Source: Eledone cirrhosa (Eukaryota). From it: a stretch of 64,000 nt of DNA. The DNA is taken from contig OZ024765.1 of NCBI GenBank assembly GCA_964016885.1, positions 4,402,001-4,466,000 of the forward strand, read 5' to 3'. This document shows positions 38,491-51,250 of the stretch, piece after piece. The translations under genes were made by a program, and so were the position numbers. The notes under the pieces were generated by a model that ran no database searches, was not told the DNA's origin, and saw only the letters and a list, made by a program, of their open reading frames with translations. Every line of letters starts with the position of its first letter. The stretch's first letter is position 1.

Positions 38491-39055
38491 CAAAGTGCAG
38501 GGCAATAAAGATAGACGGTAGTCACGGAATAGGCAGACCTAGAAAAACCTGGGACGAGCTGATAAACTCCGACATCACACACTTACACCTCTCCAAGACA
38601 ATGTCACTGGACCGAGACCTTTGGCGGTACTCAGTAACAGAGAAGACCCGCCTTACCTAAATATATAGTAAAACCTACTCCAGCCAGTAGGCATCTCTAA
38701 CAAAATACACCCCGTCCCACCACCCCCACCCCCACCCGATCCACACCACCCCGTTCTATGTAAAGTTATGTTGGTGCCGCGCCATCGAGGCCGAAACAAA
38801 TGAGATCGTGTAGGTGTCACGACAAAAAACACACAGTCCACGCTGTAATGTGGCCGTGTAGGCAACACGGTAAAAACCTCCCAGACCCACACTGTAAATG
38901 TGGTTGGTGTTAGGAAGGGCATCCAACTGTAGAAAACCTGCCAGACAGTCCTATGCGAGCAAGACAATCACTCTTGCCTCAAGTGGGACTACCCCCGTCC
39001 AAACCCATGCAAGCGTGGAACACGGACGTTAAACGTTGATGATGATGATGATGAT
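38491..39055 (+). mobile_element. 5'-truncated young RTE copy
   Basis: Nearly identical to 44028-44564; possible target-site duplication ATATACATT. Confidence 0.9.
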
Positions 39056-39066
39056 ATACATTATAT

Positions 39067-39250
39067 AATTGTTTCTACTTTTGGCACAAGGCCAACAATT
39101 ACCCAGTATATTACTGGTACTTTATTTTATCGATCCCATAAGGATGAAAGGCAAAGTTAACTTTGGCGGAATTTGAACTCAGAATGGCAAGGGCCGTAAC
39201 TCTATGCGTCAAAGCATGGCGTCCGACCCTCTACCGATACTGCCAATCCA
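39067..39250 (-). mobile_element. SINE family A
   Basis: Same family as 26836-27022. Confidence 0.9.
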
Positions 39251-39386
39251 TTATATAATATATATATATACATTATATAATATATATATATACATTATAT
39301 AATATATATACATTATAAAATATATATACATTATATATAATATATATTATACATTATATATAATATATAGTATATATATATATATA

Positions 39387-39849
39387 TGCTTCAATTATTT
39401 CTATGATGGACTCATGTAAACCGTAAAGTACAATCCTTCTCTCCATTTCCACGCTCAATTCCGTACACAGTCCAAACAAACATCCAATCTCGCAAAATCC
39501 GAAATCTGTATTTTTTTGTTATCTATTTAAGGTTTAAATACGGTGTTTTTGTCGTATTGAACAGAACAAATCTTGCAGTTTTGCTTTTTGTTAAATCGCT
39601 TGTTAAACATTCATAACCTTCTATCTTAATTCTATCGTATTCGTCCAATTCCTTAATTCTATCGTATTCTCAAACAAAAAAAACAAAATCCTCCCCATTC
39701 TACTTATAAATTACTTTAAATATATATAGTATGCTACTTGAAAGTCAAAAAGCCGATCCACCCCTTCACCCTCCTGCTTCTCCACGAGGGGGCTGCGGTC
39801 AGCCACTATCTCCCCCCCCTCTCTTTCTTCCCCTCTATCTCTCGCTTAG

Positions 39850-39904
<55 letters not shown>

Positions 39905-40397
39905 AGATAAGTTTTCCTTCATGTTTATCCACTTTGCTTCAATTATTTCTATGATGGACTCATGTAAACCGTAAAGTACAATCCTTCTCTCCATTTCCAC
40001 GCTCAATTCCGTACACAGTCCAAACAAACATCCAATCTCGCAAAATCCGAAATCTGTATTTTTTTGTTATCTATTTAAGGTTTAAATACGGTGTTTTTGT
40101 CGTATTGAACAGAACAAATCTTGCAGTTTTGCTTTTTGTTAAATCGCTTGTTAAACATTCATAACCTTCTATCTTAATTCTATCGTATTCGTCCAATTCC
40201 TTAATTCTATCGTATTCTCAAACAAAAAAAACAAAATCCTCCCCATTCTACTTATAAATTACTTTAAATATATATAGTATGCTACTTGAAAGTCAAAAAG
40301 CCGATCCACCCCTTCACCCTCCTGCTTCTCCACGAGGGGGCTGCGGTCAGCCACTATCTCCCCCCCCTCTCTTTCTTCCCCTCTATCTCTCGCTTAG

Positions 40398-40452
<55 letters not shown>

Positions 40453-40717
40453 AGATAAGTTTTCCTTCATGTTTATCCACTTTGCTTCAATTATTTCTAT
40501 GATGGACTCATGTAAACCGTAAAGTACAATCCTTCTCTCCATTTCCACGCTCAATTCCGTACACAGTCCAAACAAACATCCAATCTCGCAAAATCCGAAA
40601 TCTGTATTTTTTTGTTATCTATTTAAGGTTTAAATACGGTGTTTTTGTCGTATTGAACAGAACAAATCTTGCAGTTTTGCTTTTTGTTAAATCGCTTGTT
40701 AAACATTCATAACCTTC
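39387..40717 (+). repeat. 548-bp tandem repeat, ~2.4 apparently identical copies
   Basis: Units start at 39388, 39936 and 40484. Confidence 0.95.
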
Positions 40718-43700
40718 CAGCTAGCTACCCCACACCCCTCCCTCCCGCCCCCACACGCCACCATACTTAATACGTGGACCAATCATAAGGCAGAGCCCCC
40801 CCCCCCGCATCACCACCATTATTATAAGCCAGAGCCACCCACCCCCACCCCCACGCATCACCATTATTATTATTACGCGGACCAAATCATAAGCCAGAGG
40901 CCTATACTATCGCTTGCCCGGTTGCCTTCAATATATGATGGATGGATGGATGGATGGATGGACGGACGGACTGCGGAATCCTTGGAGAGTGGAAGGGAGA
41001 GAAAAATCTGGACGCCCAGAGCGAAAATGCCAAAGTTAAAGTCAAATTCACCTCGTGGACGAGAATGCGAGCACTCCTCTTTGTTTCGTCCGCGGATGGC
41101 TAACATAACCCTATCTCCTCCCGCCCCCCACCACCCCCACCCTCCAAACGCAACCCAAAACTTCAGAGTTGGTACCATAAATGTAGGCACCCTAAAGGGT
41201 CGCGCTAACGAGGTTGTAGAAATGCTTGAACGTAAGGAGGTCGATGTTTGTTGTATTCAAGAGACCAGGTGGAGGGGTGGGTCTGCTAGATTCATTGAGG
41301 GTAAAAAACGATGTTATAAGCTTTTCTGGGTGGGAAACGACGATGGGCTGGGTGGAGTAGGAATCATGGTAGCAGAAAAGTGGGCAGATAAGATAATAGA
41401 CGTAAATAGAGTGAACGACAGAATAATTAAAATAAGACTTGTCCTCAATAGAACTACGGTGACAGTAATATCTGCGTACGCACCCCAATCCGGACTGCCC
41501 GGCACTATAAAAGACAGATTCTATGAGACACTGTTGCTAACTACCTCCCAAATATCTGACAGTGACTATATAATTATTGCAGGCGACCTAAATGGTCACG
41601 TTGGACAACATTGTGACGGCTATGACGAAATCCATGGAGGCTATGGGTTTGGTACTAGAAATGAGGAAGGCTCCAGAATTCTGGAATACTGTGATGCAAA
41701 TAACCTAACTATCTGTAACACTAACTTCAAAAAACGTGACAATCACCTGATTACCTATAGATCCGGGGAACACACAAGCCAGGTAGATTATATCCTTACC
41801 AGAAGACGTGACAGAGTGTCTGTTGTAAACACTAAATCCCTCCCCCATGAAGAATGCACCTCCCAACATAGACTGATAATTAGCGACCTCATAGTCAGGA
41901 CGAGACGCACCCGACAGCAGAAGAGGACTATCCTCAGGAGGAAAATATGGAAACTAAAAGACCCCACAGCCAGAAATAAATTTCAAAGCATATTACTTGA
42001 TGCTTTCGACAGTAAGGAAGAGCATCTAGAATCGGACAATATAGAGGGACAGTGGAAATTTCTGAAAGCTAACCTGCTGTTGGCGACAGACGAAGTCTGT
42101 GGCTGGAGCAGGCCTGTAGGCAGGAGGAGAGTAACATGGTGGTGGAACAGTAAGGTGGAGGGGTCAATTAAGGCCAAAAAGCAGGCTTGGAAAGTATGGC
42201 GGGATGGGGGAAGTAGAGTAGACTATCAAGTGGCCAGGAGGGAAGCTAGGAGAGAAGTGTACTTAGCAAGAAGGGAAGCTGAGGAAAGAAAGTTCAAGCA
42301 TGTTCTACAACGCGATGACCAAAAACGTGAGGTGTTCAGGATTGCCAGGCAATGCGTCAAGGAAAACCGTGATATTGTCGGGGAGAAGTGTGTACTTAAC
42401 GATGATGGCATACTTGCCATCACCGACACTGATAAGAAGGTAGCTTGGAAGTGTCACTATGAAAGGCTACTAAATGAGGAGAATAAATGGGAGAAAGACA
42501 GTCTCCCCCATATCGACCCGATAGAGGGACCAGCAGTGTTAGTCGAGGGGAGTATAATAAGTAAGGCAATCAAGGATATGAAGACCGGTAAGGCGGCTGG
42601 GCCTTCGGAAATAGTTGCTGAGATGCTGAAGGCATCTGGCACGGTGGGACACACCATGGTCACCCGCATAGTTAACCAAGTCGTACAGAATGGGGTTGTT
42701 CCGAAGGACTGGCATAGCAGCATCATCGTTAACTGTTATAAGGGTAAAGGAGACGCCCTAGATAGGAGTAACTATAGAGGCATTAAATTAATCGACCAGG
42801 TCATGAAGGTCACGGAAAAAGTAATAGCGCAACTAATCAGAGAGAGAATTGATCTAGATGAAATGCAGTTCGGGTTTGTGTCAGGCAAAAGCACCACAGA
42901 CGCTCTTTTCATAGTACGACAACTACAGGAGAAGTACCTAGCTAAAGGTAAACCCCTCTACTTAGCTTTTGTCGACCTGGAGAAAGCCTTCGACAGAGTC
43001 CCCCGCTCCATTATCTGGTGGGCTCTTAGAAAACTAGGCGTTGACGAATGGCTTGTGAGGGCTATACAAGCCATGTATAAAGAAACAGTCAGCAAGGTTA
43101 GAATTAACAACGAATATAGTGAAGAGTTTAGCGTAAAAGTTGGCGTCCATCAGGGCTCTGTTCTCAGCCCCCTACTATTTATTATTGCCCTTCAGGCTAT
43201 AACAGAGGAGTTCAAGACAGGCTGCCCATGGGAACTCCTATACGCAGACGACCTGACACTCATAGCGGAATCAATGGCCGAGCTAGAGAAGAAATTCCAA
43301 ACATGGAAGCACGGCCTAGAGTCAAAAGGACTTAAAATTAACCTGGCTAAGACCAAAGTTCTAGTTTGTAGGAAAGAAAACAAGGCGGCGGTCCCTTCTG
43401 GGAAATGGTCGTGCTCGGTATGTAGGAAAGGCGTAGGTAGAAACTCCATCTTATGTCCTAAATGCAAAGTATGGGTGCATAAAAGATGTAGTGGGATCAC
43501 AGGTAAGCTAACTAAGAACATAGACTTTACATGTGGCCGGTGTTCTGGTGCAATAAGTAGCAGCAAGTGCCCACAAAATACTAGCTCTTTCAATTGCGCA
43601 GAGGGTTTTATAGAAATAGTGGACAGCTTCCGTTACCTGGGCGATAAAATCAGCAGTGGGGGAGGGTGCTCTGAAAGTACTGTAGCTAGAGTCAGAACTG

Positions 43701-44564
43701 GTTGGAAAAAGTTCAGAGAGCTTATACCACTATTAGCTGCTAAAGGGTTCTCCCTAAAAATGAAAGGCAGGTTGTACGATGCCTGCATACGAACAGCAAT
43801 GTTGCATGGTAGTGAGACCTGGGCATTGTGTGCAGAGGATATACGCAGACTAGAGAGGAACGAAGCTTGCATGCTCCGCTGGATGTGTAACAGTAATATA
43901 CGTGAACGGCAAAGCATAAACGAACTAAGGAAAAAATTAGAGATAAGAGGGATCAGATGTTGTTTACTCGAGAGAAGGCTGCGTTGGTATGGACACGTGA
44001 TGCGCATGAAAGTCGATAGCTGTATTACAAAGTGCAGGGCAATAAAGATAGACGGTAGCCACGGAATAGGCAGACCTAGAAAAACATGGGATGAGCTGAT
44101 AAACTCCGACCTCACACACTTACACCTCTCCAAGACAATGTCACTGGACCGTGACCTTTGGCGGTACTCAGTAACAGAGAAGACCCGCCTTGCCAGTAGG
44201 CATCTCTAACAAAATACACCCCTCCCGCCGCCACCCCCACCCCATCCACACCACCCCGTTCTATGTAAAGTTATGTTGGTGCCGCACCATCCAGGCCGAA
44301 ACAAATGAGATCGTGTAGGTGTCACGACAAAAAAACACACAGTCCACGCTGTAATGTGGCCGTGTAGGCAACACGGTAAAAACCTCCCAGACCCACACTG
44401 TAAATGTGGTTGGTGTTAGGAAGGGCATCCAACTGTAGAAAACCTGCCAGACAGTCCTATGCGAGCAAGACAATCACTCTTGCCTCAAGTGGGACTACCC
44501 CCGTCCAAACCCATGCAAGCGTGGAACACGGACGTTAAACGTTGATGATGATGATGATGATGAT
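40718..44564 (+). mobile_element. Full-length or near full-length RTE-clade LINE
   Basis: Short C-rich 5' region, single long ORF, ~350-bp 3' UTR and (GAT)n tail. Confidence 0.95.
40946..44209 (+). CDS. RTE LINE ORF: APE endonuclease + reverse transcriptase + PHD-like C4HC3 finger
   Basis: APE motifs VGTINV, IQETRW, SAYAPQ, AGDLNGHVG, VDYIL, SQHRL; RT motifs YRGIKL, QFGF, FVDLEKAFD, GVHQGSVLSPLLF, YADD; no stops. The start codon is uncertain (first in-frame ATG 40946, alternative 41027). Confidence 0.95.
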   Translation: MDGWMDGRTAESLESGRERKIWTPRAKMPKLKSNSPRGRECEHSSLFRPRMANITLSPPAPHHPHPPNATQNFRVGTINVGTLKGRANEVVEMLERKEVDVCCIQETRWRGGSARFIEGKKRCYKLFWVGNDDGLGGVGIMVAEKWADKIIDVNRVNDRIIKIRLVLNRTTVTVISAYAPQSGLPGTIKDRFYETLLLTTSQISDSDYIIIAGDLNGHVGQHCDGYDEIHGGYGFGTRNEEGSRILEYCDANNLTICNTNFKKRDNHLITYRSGEHTSQVDYILTRRRDRVSVVNTKSLPHEECTSQHRLIISDLIVRTRRTRQQKRTILRRKIWKLKDPTARNKFQSILLDAFDSKEEHLESDNIEGQWKFLKANLLLATDEVCGWSRPVGRRRVTWWWNSKVEGSIKAKKQAWKVWRDGGSRVDYQVARREARREVYLARREAEERKFKHVLQRDDQKREVFRIARQCVKENRDIVGEKCVLNDDGILAITDTDKKVAWKCHYERLLNEENKWEKDSLPHIDPIEGPAVLVEGSIISKAIKDMKTGKAAGPSEIVAEMLKASGTVGHTMVTRIVNQVVQNGVVPKDWHSSIIVNCYKGKGDALDRSNYRGIKLIDQVMKVTEKVIAQLIRERIDLDEMQFGFVSGKSTTDALFIVRQLQEKYLAKGKPLYLAFVDLEKAFDRVPRSIIWWALRKLGVDEWLVRAIQAMYKETVSKVRINNEYSEEFSVKVGVHQGSVLSPLLFIIALQAITEEFKTGCPWELLYADDLTLIAESMAELEKKFQTWKHGLESKGLKINLAKTKVLVCRKENKAAVPSGKWSCSVCRKGVGRNSILCPKCKVWVHKRCSGITGKLTKNIDFTCGRCSGAISSSKCPQNTSSFNCAEGFIEIVDSFRYLGDKISSGGGCSESTVARVRTGWKKFRELIPLLAAKGFSLKMKGRLYDACIRTAMLHGSETWALCAEDIRRLERNEACMLRWMCNSNIRERQSINELRKKLEIRGIRCCLLERRLRWYGHVMRMKVDSCITKCRAIKIDGSHGIGRPRKTWDELINSDLTHLHLSKTMSLDRDLWRYSVTEKTRLASRHL

Positions 44565-45273
44565 ATATACAAATTATATATAATATATATTATACATTAT
44601 ATATAATATATAATATATATATACACATTATATATAATATATATTATACATTATATAATATATATATATATATACACATTATATATAATATATATTATAC
44701 ATTATATATAATATATAATATATATATATATAGATTATATATAATATATATTATATATAATATATATATATATACATTATATATAATATATATTTTACAT
44801 TATATATAATATATAATATATATATACACATTATATATAATATATACATTATATATAATATATATATGTGTGTGTATATACATACCAATCTTCGACTGTC
44901 AAAAATTAAATACATCTAACAATATTCGCATCAATATACATATTACGGGGCCCCTGACTATGATATGAAATATAAACTTGTGTTTGCCATTGCCATAAAA
45001 CTATAACTATAAACACCTCTACGTTACAGTTCGCTGTTTTGTATATCTAATTCCATTTCTCAGTTTCTCCTATAAGTATTTGCTCGTCCACCATAACACC
45101 ATAACACCATAACACCATACCATATTCAATAGAATCTCCTAAACAATCCTTACATTCAAAGAACTTGCTGGAAAAATACAAACTAAAACAAAGCAACAAC
45201 AACAACAGCAACAACAGCCATCAAACATAGAAATACCCCCCACCCCCTATTTTTTTTCATTATTGAGAAAACT

Positions 45274-45316
<43 letters not shown>

Positions 45317-45335
45317 TTTTTTTTATTTTTTATGT

Positions 45336-46310
45336 TCATCATCACAACGACCACTGCCACCACCATCACCTGCAGTAGCAAGACTACCACCACCACCACC
45401 ATCACCAGCAACACCACCACCAGAATCATCATCACCTCCACCATCATCACTACAATCACCACCACCATCATCATCACCATCATTACCATCACCAACACTA
45501 CAGCCATCATCACCACCACCACCACCACCGCCATGAACACTACCACCACCACCATCATCATCACCATCATTACCATCACCATCAACAACACTACAGCCAT
45601 CATCACCACCACCATCAACTACACTACCATTATCATCACCATCACCACCAAGACTACCACCACCATCATCACCATCACCACCAACACTACCATCACCACC
45701 AACAACACTACCATCACCATCACCATTATTACCATCACCACCAACAACACTACCACCACCACCACCATCACCATTATTACCATCACCACCAACAACACTA
45801 CCACCATCACCACCAACAACAACACTACCACCACCACCATCACCATCACCACCACCACCACCATCACCATTATTACCATCACCACCAACAACACTACCAC
45901 CACCACCATCACCATTATTACCATCACCACCAACAACACTACCACCACCACCATCACCATTATTACCATCACCACCAACAACACTACCACCATCAGCCCC
46001 AACAACACTACCACCACCACCACCACCACCACCACCATCACCATCACCACCAACACTACCACCACCACCATCACCATTATTACCATCACCACCAACAACA
46101 CTACCACCATCACCACCAACAACACTACCACCACCATCATCACCACCACCACCATCACCATCACCACCAACAACACTACCACCACCACCATCACCATCAA
46201 CAACACTATCACCACCATTATCAGCACCACCATCACCATCAACAACACTACCATCAACATCACCACCAGCACCCTCCACCCCAATATCATCATCACCATC
46301 ATTATTATTA
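45336..46310. repeat. (ACC/ATC/AAC)n trinucleotide mosaic
   Basis: Direct inspection. Confidence 0.9.
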
Positions 46311-46784
46311 TTGTTTCACATCATTTCATTATTTTCCTTATTTTATGGATGAGATGGTTTATCTAAGATGGTTTATCCGAGATGGTATGCAATTCTTAAA
46401 GTAATGTTTTTTAACACTGGTTATATTTCCTACCACTAACCACTCAACAGTGAAGTAAGGGAGTGGAAGAAAGTGATTTGATTTTTTTTTTAATTCTCTC
46501 ACACAATCTCATATATATTGATACATATATACATAAATACATACTTATCAATAAAGGACTTTAACATATAAACTACTTTGTACTTTTTTATTCTAAATAC
46601 ATATATATATATACATATCATCATCATCATTTTACGCCTGCTTTTCCCTGCTTGCAAGGGTGGGACGGGAACTGATTCTGGCTTGATTTCTACAGCTGGA
46701 AGCCCTTCCTAACACCATCCTCATTTACAGTGAGTGCTGGGTGCTTTTTTTTCCGTGGCGCCTCCACGTCCACTTTGCAGTGGA

Positions 46785-46951
46785 ATGATAGGGACCCCAG
46801 TCCCTATCATCTCATTTCTACAGCTGAGTAAACTGGAGCAATGTGAAATAAAGTGTCTTGCTCAAGGAAACAACACATCACCCGGTCTGAGAATTGAACT
46901 CACAACCTTTCGATTGCAAGGCCAATGCTCTAACCACTAAGCCATGTGCCT
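46785..46951 (-). mobile_element. SINE family B, fused to an RTE 3' UTR fragment (46618-46780)
   Basis: Reverse complement of 25353-25490. Confidence 0.85.
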
Positions 46952-46953
46952 GC

Positions 46954-47010
<57 letters not shown>

Positions 47011-47032
47011 TTACATACATACACACACACAT

Positions 47033-48282
47033 ATCATCATCATCATCGTTTAACGTCTATCTTCCACGCTAAGATTGGTCGGGTGACCGTGTCTCGCTCA
47101 TATAGGACTATCTGACAGGTTTTCTACGGCTGGATGGCCTTCCTAACACCAACCACATTTACAGTGTGGACTGGGAGCCTTTTCATCATGTCTTCTACAC
47201 AACCACCTTACAGTGTGGACTGGGAGCCTTTTCATCATGTCTTCTACACAGCCACCTTACAGTGTGGACTGGGAGCCTTTTCATCATGTCTTCTACACAA
47301 CCACCTTACAGTGTGGACTGGGAGCCTTTTCATCATGTCTTCTACACGACCACCTTATAGTGTAGACTGTTGTGTCATCGACACAGTGGATGTAACGGGA
47401 GAGGGAGGATGGGGTAAGGTGTGGGGGTGGGGTGTATATTGGGTTAAGAGGTGCCTACTGACTGTGGGTTTGTATGCAATGGCAGTCGTGTCTTCTGTAC
47501 AACTGCAGGGCACCAAAGGTCACGATCCAGTGTCATTGTCTTAGAGAGGTGTAAGTGAGCAAGGTCAGTTTTTATCACCTCGTCCCAGGTTTTTCTTGGT
47601 CCCCACTCCACAGCTTCCATCAATTTTAATTGCTCTGCACTTTCTTATACACCTTTCATCCTTCATATGCATCACATGTCCATACCAACACAACCTCCTC
47701 TCCAGAACACAACATTTGATACCTCTTATGCTTAGTCTCCCTCTTACTTTGTTTATGCTTCGCCTTTCACGCACATTACTATTACACATCCATCGGAGCA
47801 TGCAAGCTTCATTTCTTTCTAATCTACGCAGGACTTCAGCACACAATGCCCAAGTCTCACTACCATGTAATATCGCCATTCATATACAAGCATCATACAA
47901 TCTGCCTTTCATTTCTAGAGAAAAACCCCTGGTGGCCAACAGTGGCCAACAGCTCTCTGAACCTTTTCCATCCCGTTCTAACTCTGGCTACTACACTTCC
48001 AGAACACCCTCCTCCACTGCTGATTTTGTCACCCAGGTAACGGAAGGTGTCTACTATTTCTATAGAACCACCTGGGCAGTTGAAGGCGATATCATCCAGT
48101 GGGTCCTTGCTACTTACTACACCTGAGCATTGGCCACATATAAAATCTACATTTTAGATAGCTTACCTGTGATCACACTACATCTTTTATGTACCAATAT
48201 TTTGCATTTGGGACAGAGAATAGAGTTTCTGCCTACTCCTTTCTTACACATTGAGCATGGCCATTTCCCAGAGGGTACCTGA
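47033..48282 (-). mobile_element. Decayed 5'-truncated RTE with four 49-bp repeats in its 3' UTR
   Basis: Frameshifted peptides GKWPCSMCKKGVGRNSILCPKC and LHGSETWALCAE; repeats at 47161-47367. Confidence 0.9.
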
Positions 48283-48496
48283 GATATCCATGTAAAAGAT
48301 ATTGTGTACCAGTAATGCACTGTGTACCAGTAATGCTGGCCTTGTGCCAAAAGTAGAAACAATTATTTTTTATTATTATTTTTAGTTATTATTATTTTTT
48401 CCCCTAAATCCTTTTTGCCCGTTTTTTCAGCCTCACTTTCATATTTCCTAATTTTTGTTTTCAAATCCATATTTAATAAAAACACCATGCCATTTA

Positions 48497-48558
48497 TTCA
48501 TTCTGACGACTGAAAACAGTTATAAATATCTGCCTTCAAGAAACCACTGGTAAATGAA
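48497..48558 (+). ncRNA. Type I hammerhead ribozyme motif
   Basis: TTCATT-CTGACGA-C-TGAAAACAG...CTGCCTTCA-A-GAAA-CCACTG-GTA-AATGAA; (TA)n follows 30 bp later. Confidence 0.8.
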
Positions 48559-48939
48559 ATAATTATCTTATGTTGTTTATTACATAACTATATATATATA
48601 TATACCTTTGCTAGCAGAAAAAATGAACACTAGATAATGTTGATATAAATGTATGTGTGTATATATGTGTTGGGTGGGATTGGACGTCTACAGAAAATAG
48701 GTGTGTGGTATGGGGAGAGGAACATCTGCAGAACAGATGACGAACTGGTTCCAGTTTGTGTATGCTACAGTTGCAATCAGTGAGCACAGAAGATTATGTT
48801 GCCTTGTGGAGAATCTTGTTGATTAAGACGCAACAGGAGATTACAGATGAAAGAAATATTGACAAAGTTAGTGAAACTGGAGACCAGACAGAGAATTCTT
48901 TCAATAACTGTGACAGTCCACACCACAATCCTATAGAAA

Positions 48940-49774
48940 ATAACTGTTGTAATAACTGTTACATATCACACTACTATATAACAGAACTGTTACAGTCTAC
49001 ACTACTATATAACAGAACTGTTACAGTCTACACTACTATATAACAGAACTGTTACAGTCTACACTACTATACACACAGAACTGTTATAATATCTGTTACA
49101 GTCTACACTACTATACAACAGAACTGTTATAATATCTGTTACAGTCTACACTACTATACACACAGAACTGTTATAATATCTGTTACAGTCTACACTACTA
49201 TACAACATAACTGTTATAATAACTGTTACAGTCTACACTACTATACAACATAACTGTTATAATAACTGTTACAGTCAACACTACTATATAACATAACTGT
49301 TATAATAACTGTTACAGTCTACACTACTATACAACATAACTGTTATAATAACTGTTACAGTCAACACTACTATATAACAGAACTGTTATAATATCTGTTA
49401 CAGTCTACACTACTATATAACATAACTGTTATAATAACTGTTACAGTCTACACTACTATACAACATAACTGTTATAATAACTGTTACAGTCAACACTACT
49501 ATATAACAGAACTGTTATAATATCTGTTACAGTCAACACTACTATATAACATAACTGTTATAATAACTGTTACAGTCCACACTACTATATAACATAACTG
49601 TTATAATAACTGTTACAGTCAACACTACTATATAACATAACTGTTATAATAACTGTTACAGTCAACACTACTATATAACATAACTGTTATAATATCTGTT
49701 ACAGTCCACATTACTATATAACATAACTGTTATACTAACTGATACAGTCAACACTACTATATAACAGAACTGTT
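48940..49774. repeat. ~43-bp minisatellite
   Basis: Unit ACAGTCTACACTACTATACAACATAACTGTTATAATAACTGTT. Confidence 0.95.
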
Positions 49775-49777
49775 TGA

Positions 49778-49950
49778 GATGATCTAACTCTCATAGCTGA
49801 ATCTATGACATAACTAGGGAAAACATTCATGACCTGGAATCAAAAGTTCATAAAGTCAACTTGGCAAAAACCAAAATCCTAGAAAGTACAAAGACAAACA
49901 GGACTCAGATCCCTTAAGGCCCTGTTAAGTGCATAGGTAAGGGGTGTGTT
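49778..49950 (+). mobile_element. Old internal RTE fragment
   Basis: Encodes DDLTLIAESM and KVNLAKTKIL. Confidence 0.7.
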
Positions 49951-50386
49951 GATTGTCCACACCACACTACTACACAACAGAACAGTTTTAATATATTTTA
50001 CATTCCAGTCATACAACTAGCAGACAGAACTATTTCAATAAAGACTTTGCCAAGTAAAATTACAAATCTATCACTGACAGGGCACTTGCAAATAGAGTAG
50101 AGTTTGATTGCTTCTTGTCATGTTAATTGGTATTTAAAAGTATTTCTGCTGTCTGTCATGTTATATCCATGCTAACAAAAGTCTGTGGCAATTGGAAAAT
50201 GAGGTTTTAAGATGAGATAAACACGATGGAGTATTGCAGGTCAGGGTGACATATTGGCAGAGTTGTTAGTGGTATTTTGGCTTTCTGCTCTCTCAGTTCA
50301 ACCCTCCGACGTCAACTTTGATTTTCATTCTGCCTTCATATACACCCTTATTATAAACCACGCCATGTTACTGCCACTGTTAATTA

Positions 50387-50709
50387 ATCATAGCTGATCA
50401 AACTAACTATAGCTGTGACAGGATCATAGCTGATCAAAGCTGAACTAACTATAGCTGTGACAGGATCATAGCTGATCAAAGTTGAACTAAATATAGCTGT
50501 GACAGGATCATAGCTGATCAAAGTTGAACTATCTATAGCTGTGACATGATCATAGCTGATCAAAGTTGAACTAACTATAGCTGTGACAGGATCATAGCTG
50601 ATCAAAGTTGAACTAACTATAGCTGTTACATGATCACAGCTGATCAAAGTTGAACTATCTAGAGCTGTGACATGATCATAGCTGATCAAAGTTGAACTAA
50701 GTATAGCTG
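50387..50709. repeat. 42-bp minisatellite, ~8 copies
   Basis: Unit ATCATAGCTGATCAAAGTTGAACTAACTATAGCTGTGACAGG. Confidence 0.95.
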
Positions 50710-50804
50710 AGAGAGGGAGAGAGAGGCAATCCAAATTGAAACGATGAGGGAACGGACAAAGGTGATGTTTTTCAAACCTTCACCCATTCCCTTGTGAGAC
50801 CCAG

Positions 50805-50839
<35 letters not shown>

Positions 50840-51065
50840 ACACAAAAAAACAAGATGGTATAGGAGAGAACAAAGGACAGATGCAAAATAAGAAATCAGT
50901 CACTGCGGGGGTCACAGAATGTGTGATGAAAGAGCTTTGACAATATATATAAACAACCATCCGGTTATTGAACCAACCAATTGGAAATTTATAATAAATT
51001 AAAGTGAAACCAACAGGTGTGTGTGTTTTTATAGGCAGCATGGCCCTCCCAAAGTATAACAATAT

Positions 51066-51250
51066 ATCATCATCATCATCGTTTAACGTCCATCTTCCAC
51101 GCTAGCATGGGTTAGACAGTTTTGTTCTATTTGATGCAGGAATGGTCGGGAGACCGTGTCTCGCTCGAACGGAAGTGTTTCTGGCAGTTTTTTTTTACGG
51201 CTGGATGCCCTTCCTAACACCAACCACATTTATAGTGTGGAACTGGGAGA
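51066..51250 (-). mobile_element. RTE 3' UTR fragment
   Basis: (ATC)n-GTTTAACGTC... tail. Confidence 0.85.

Noticed and set aside
45263-46366. Thr-rich mucin-like or Gly-rich ORFs
   Set aside because: Trinucleotide mosaic open in several frames on both strands.
48756-49043. 95-aa ORF in unique sequence
   Set aside because: Non-ATG start, no recognisable motif, and it runs into a minisatellite.
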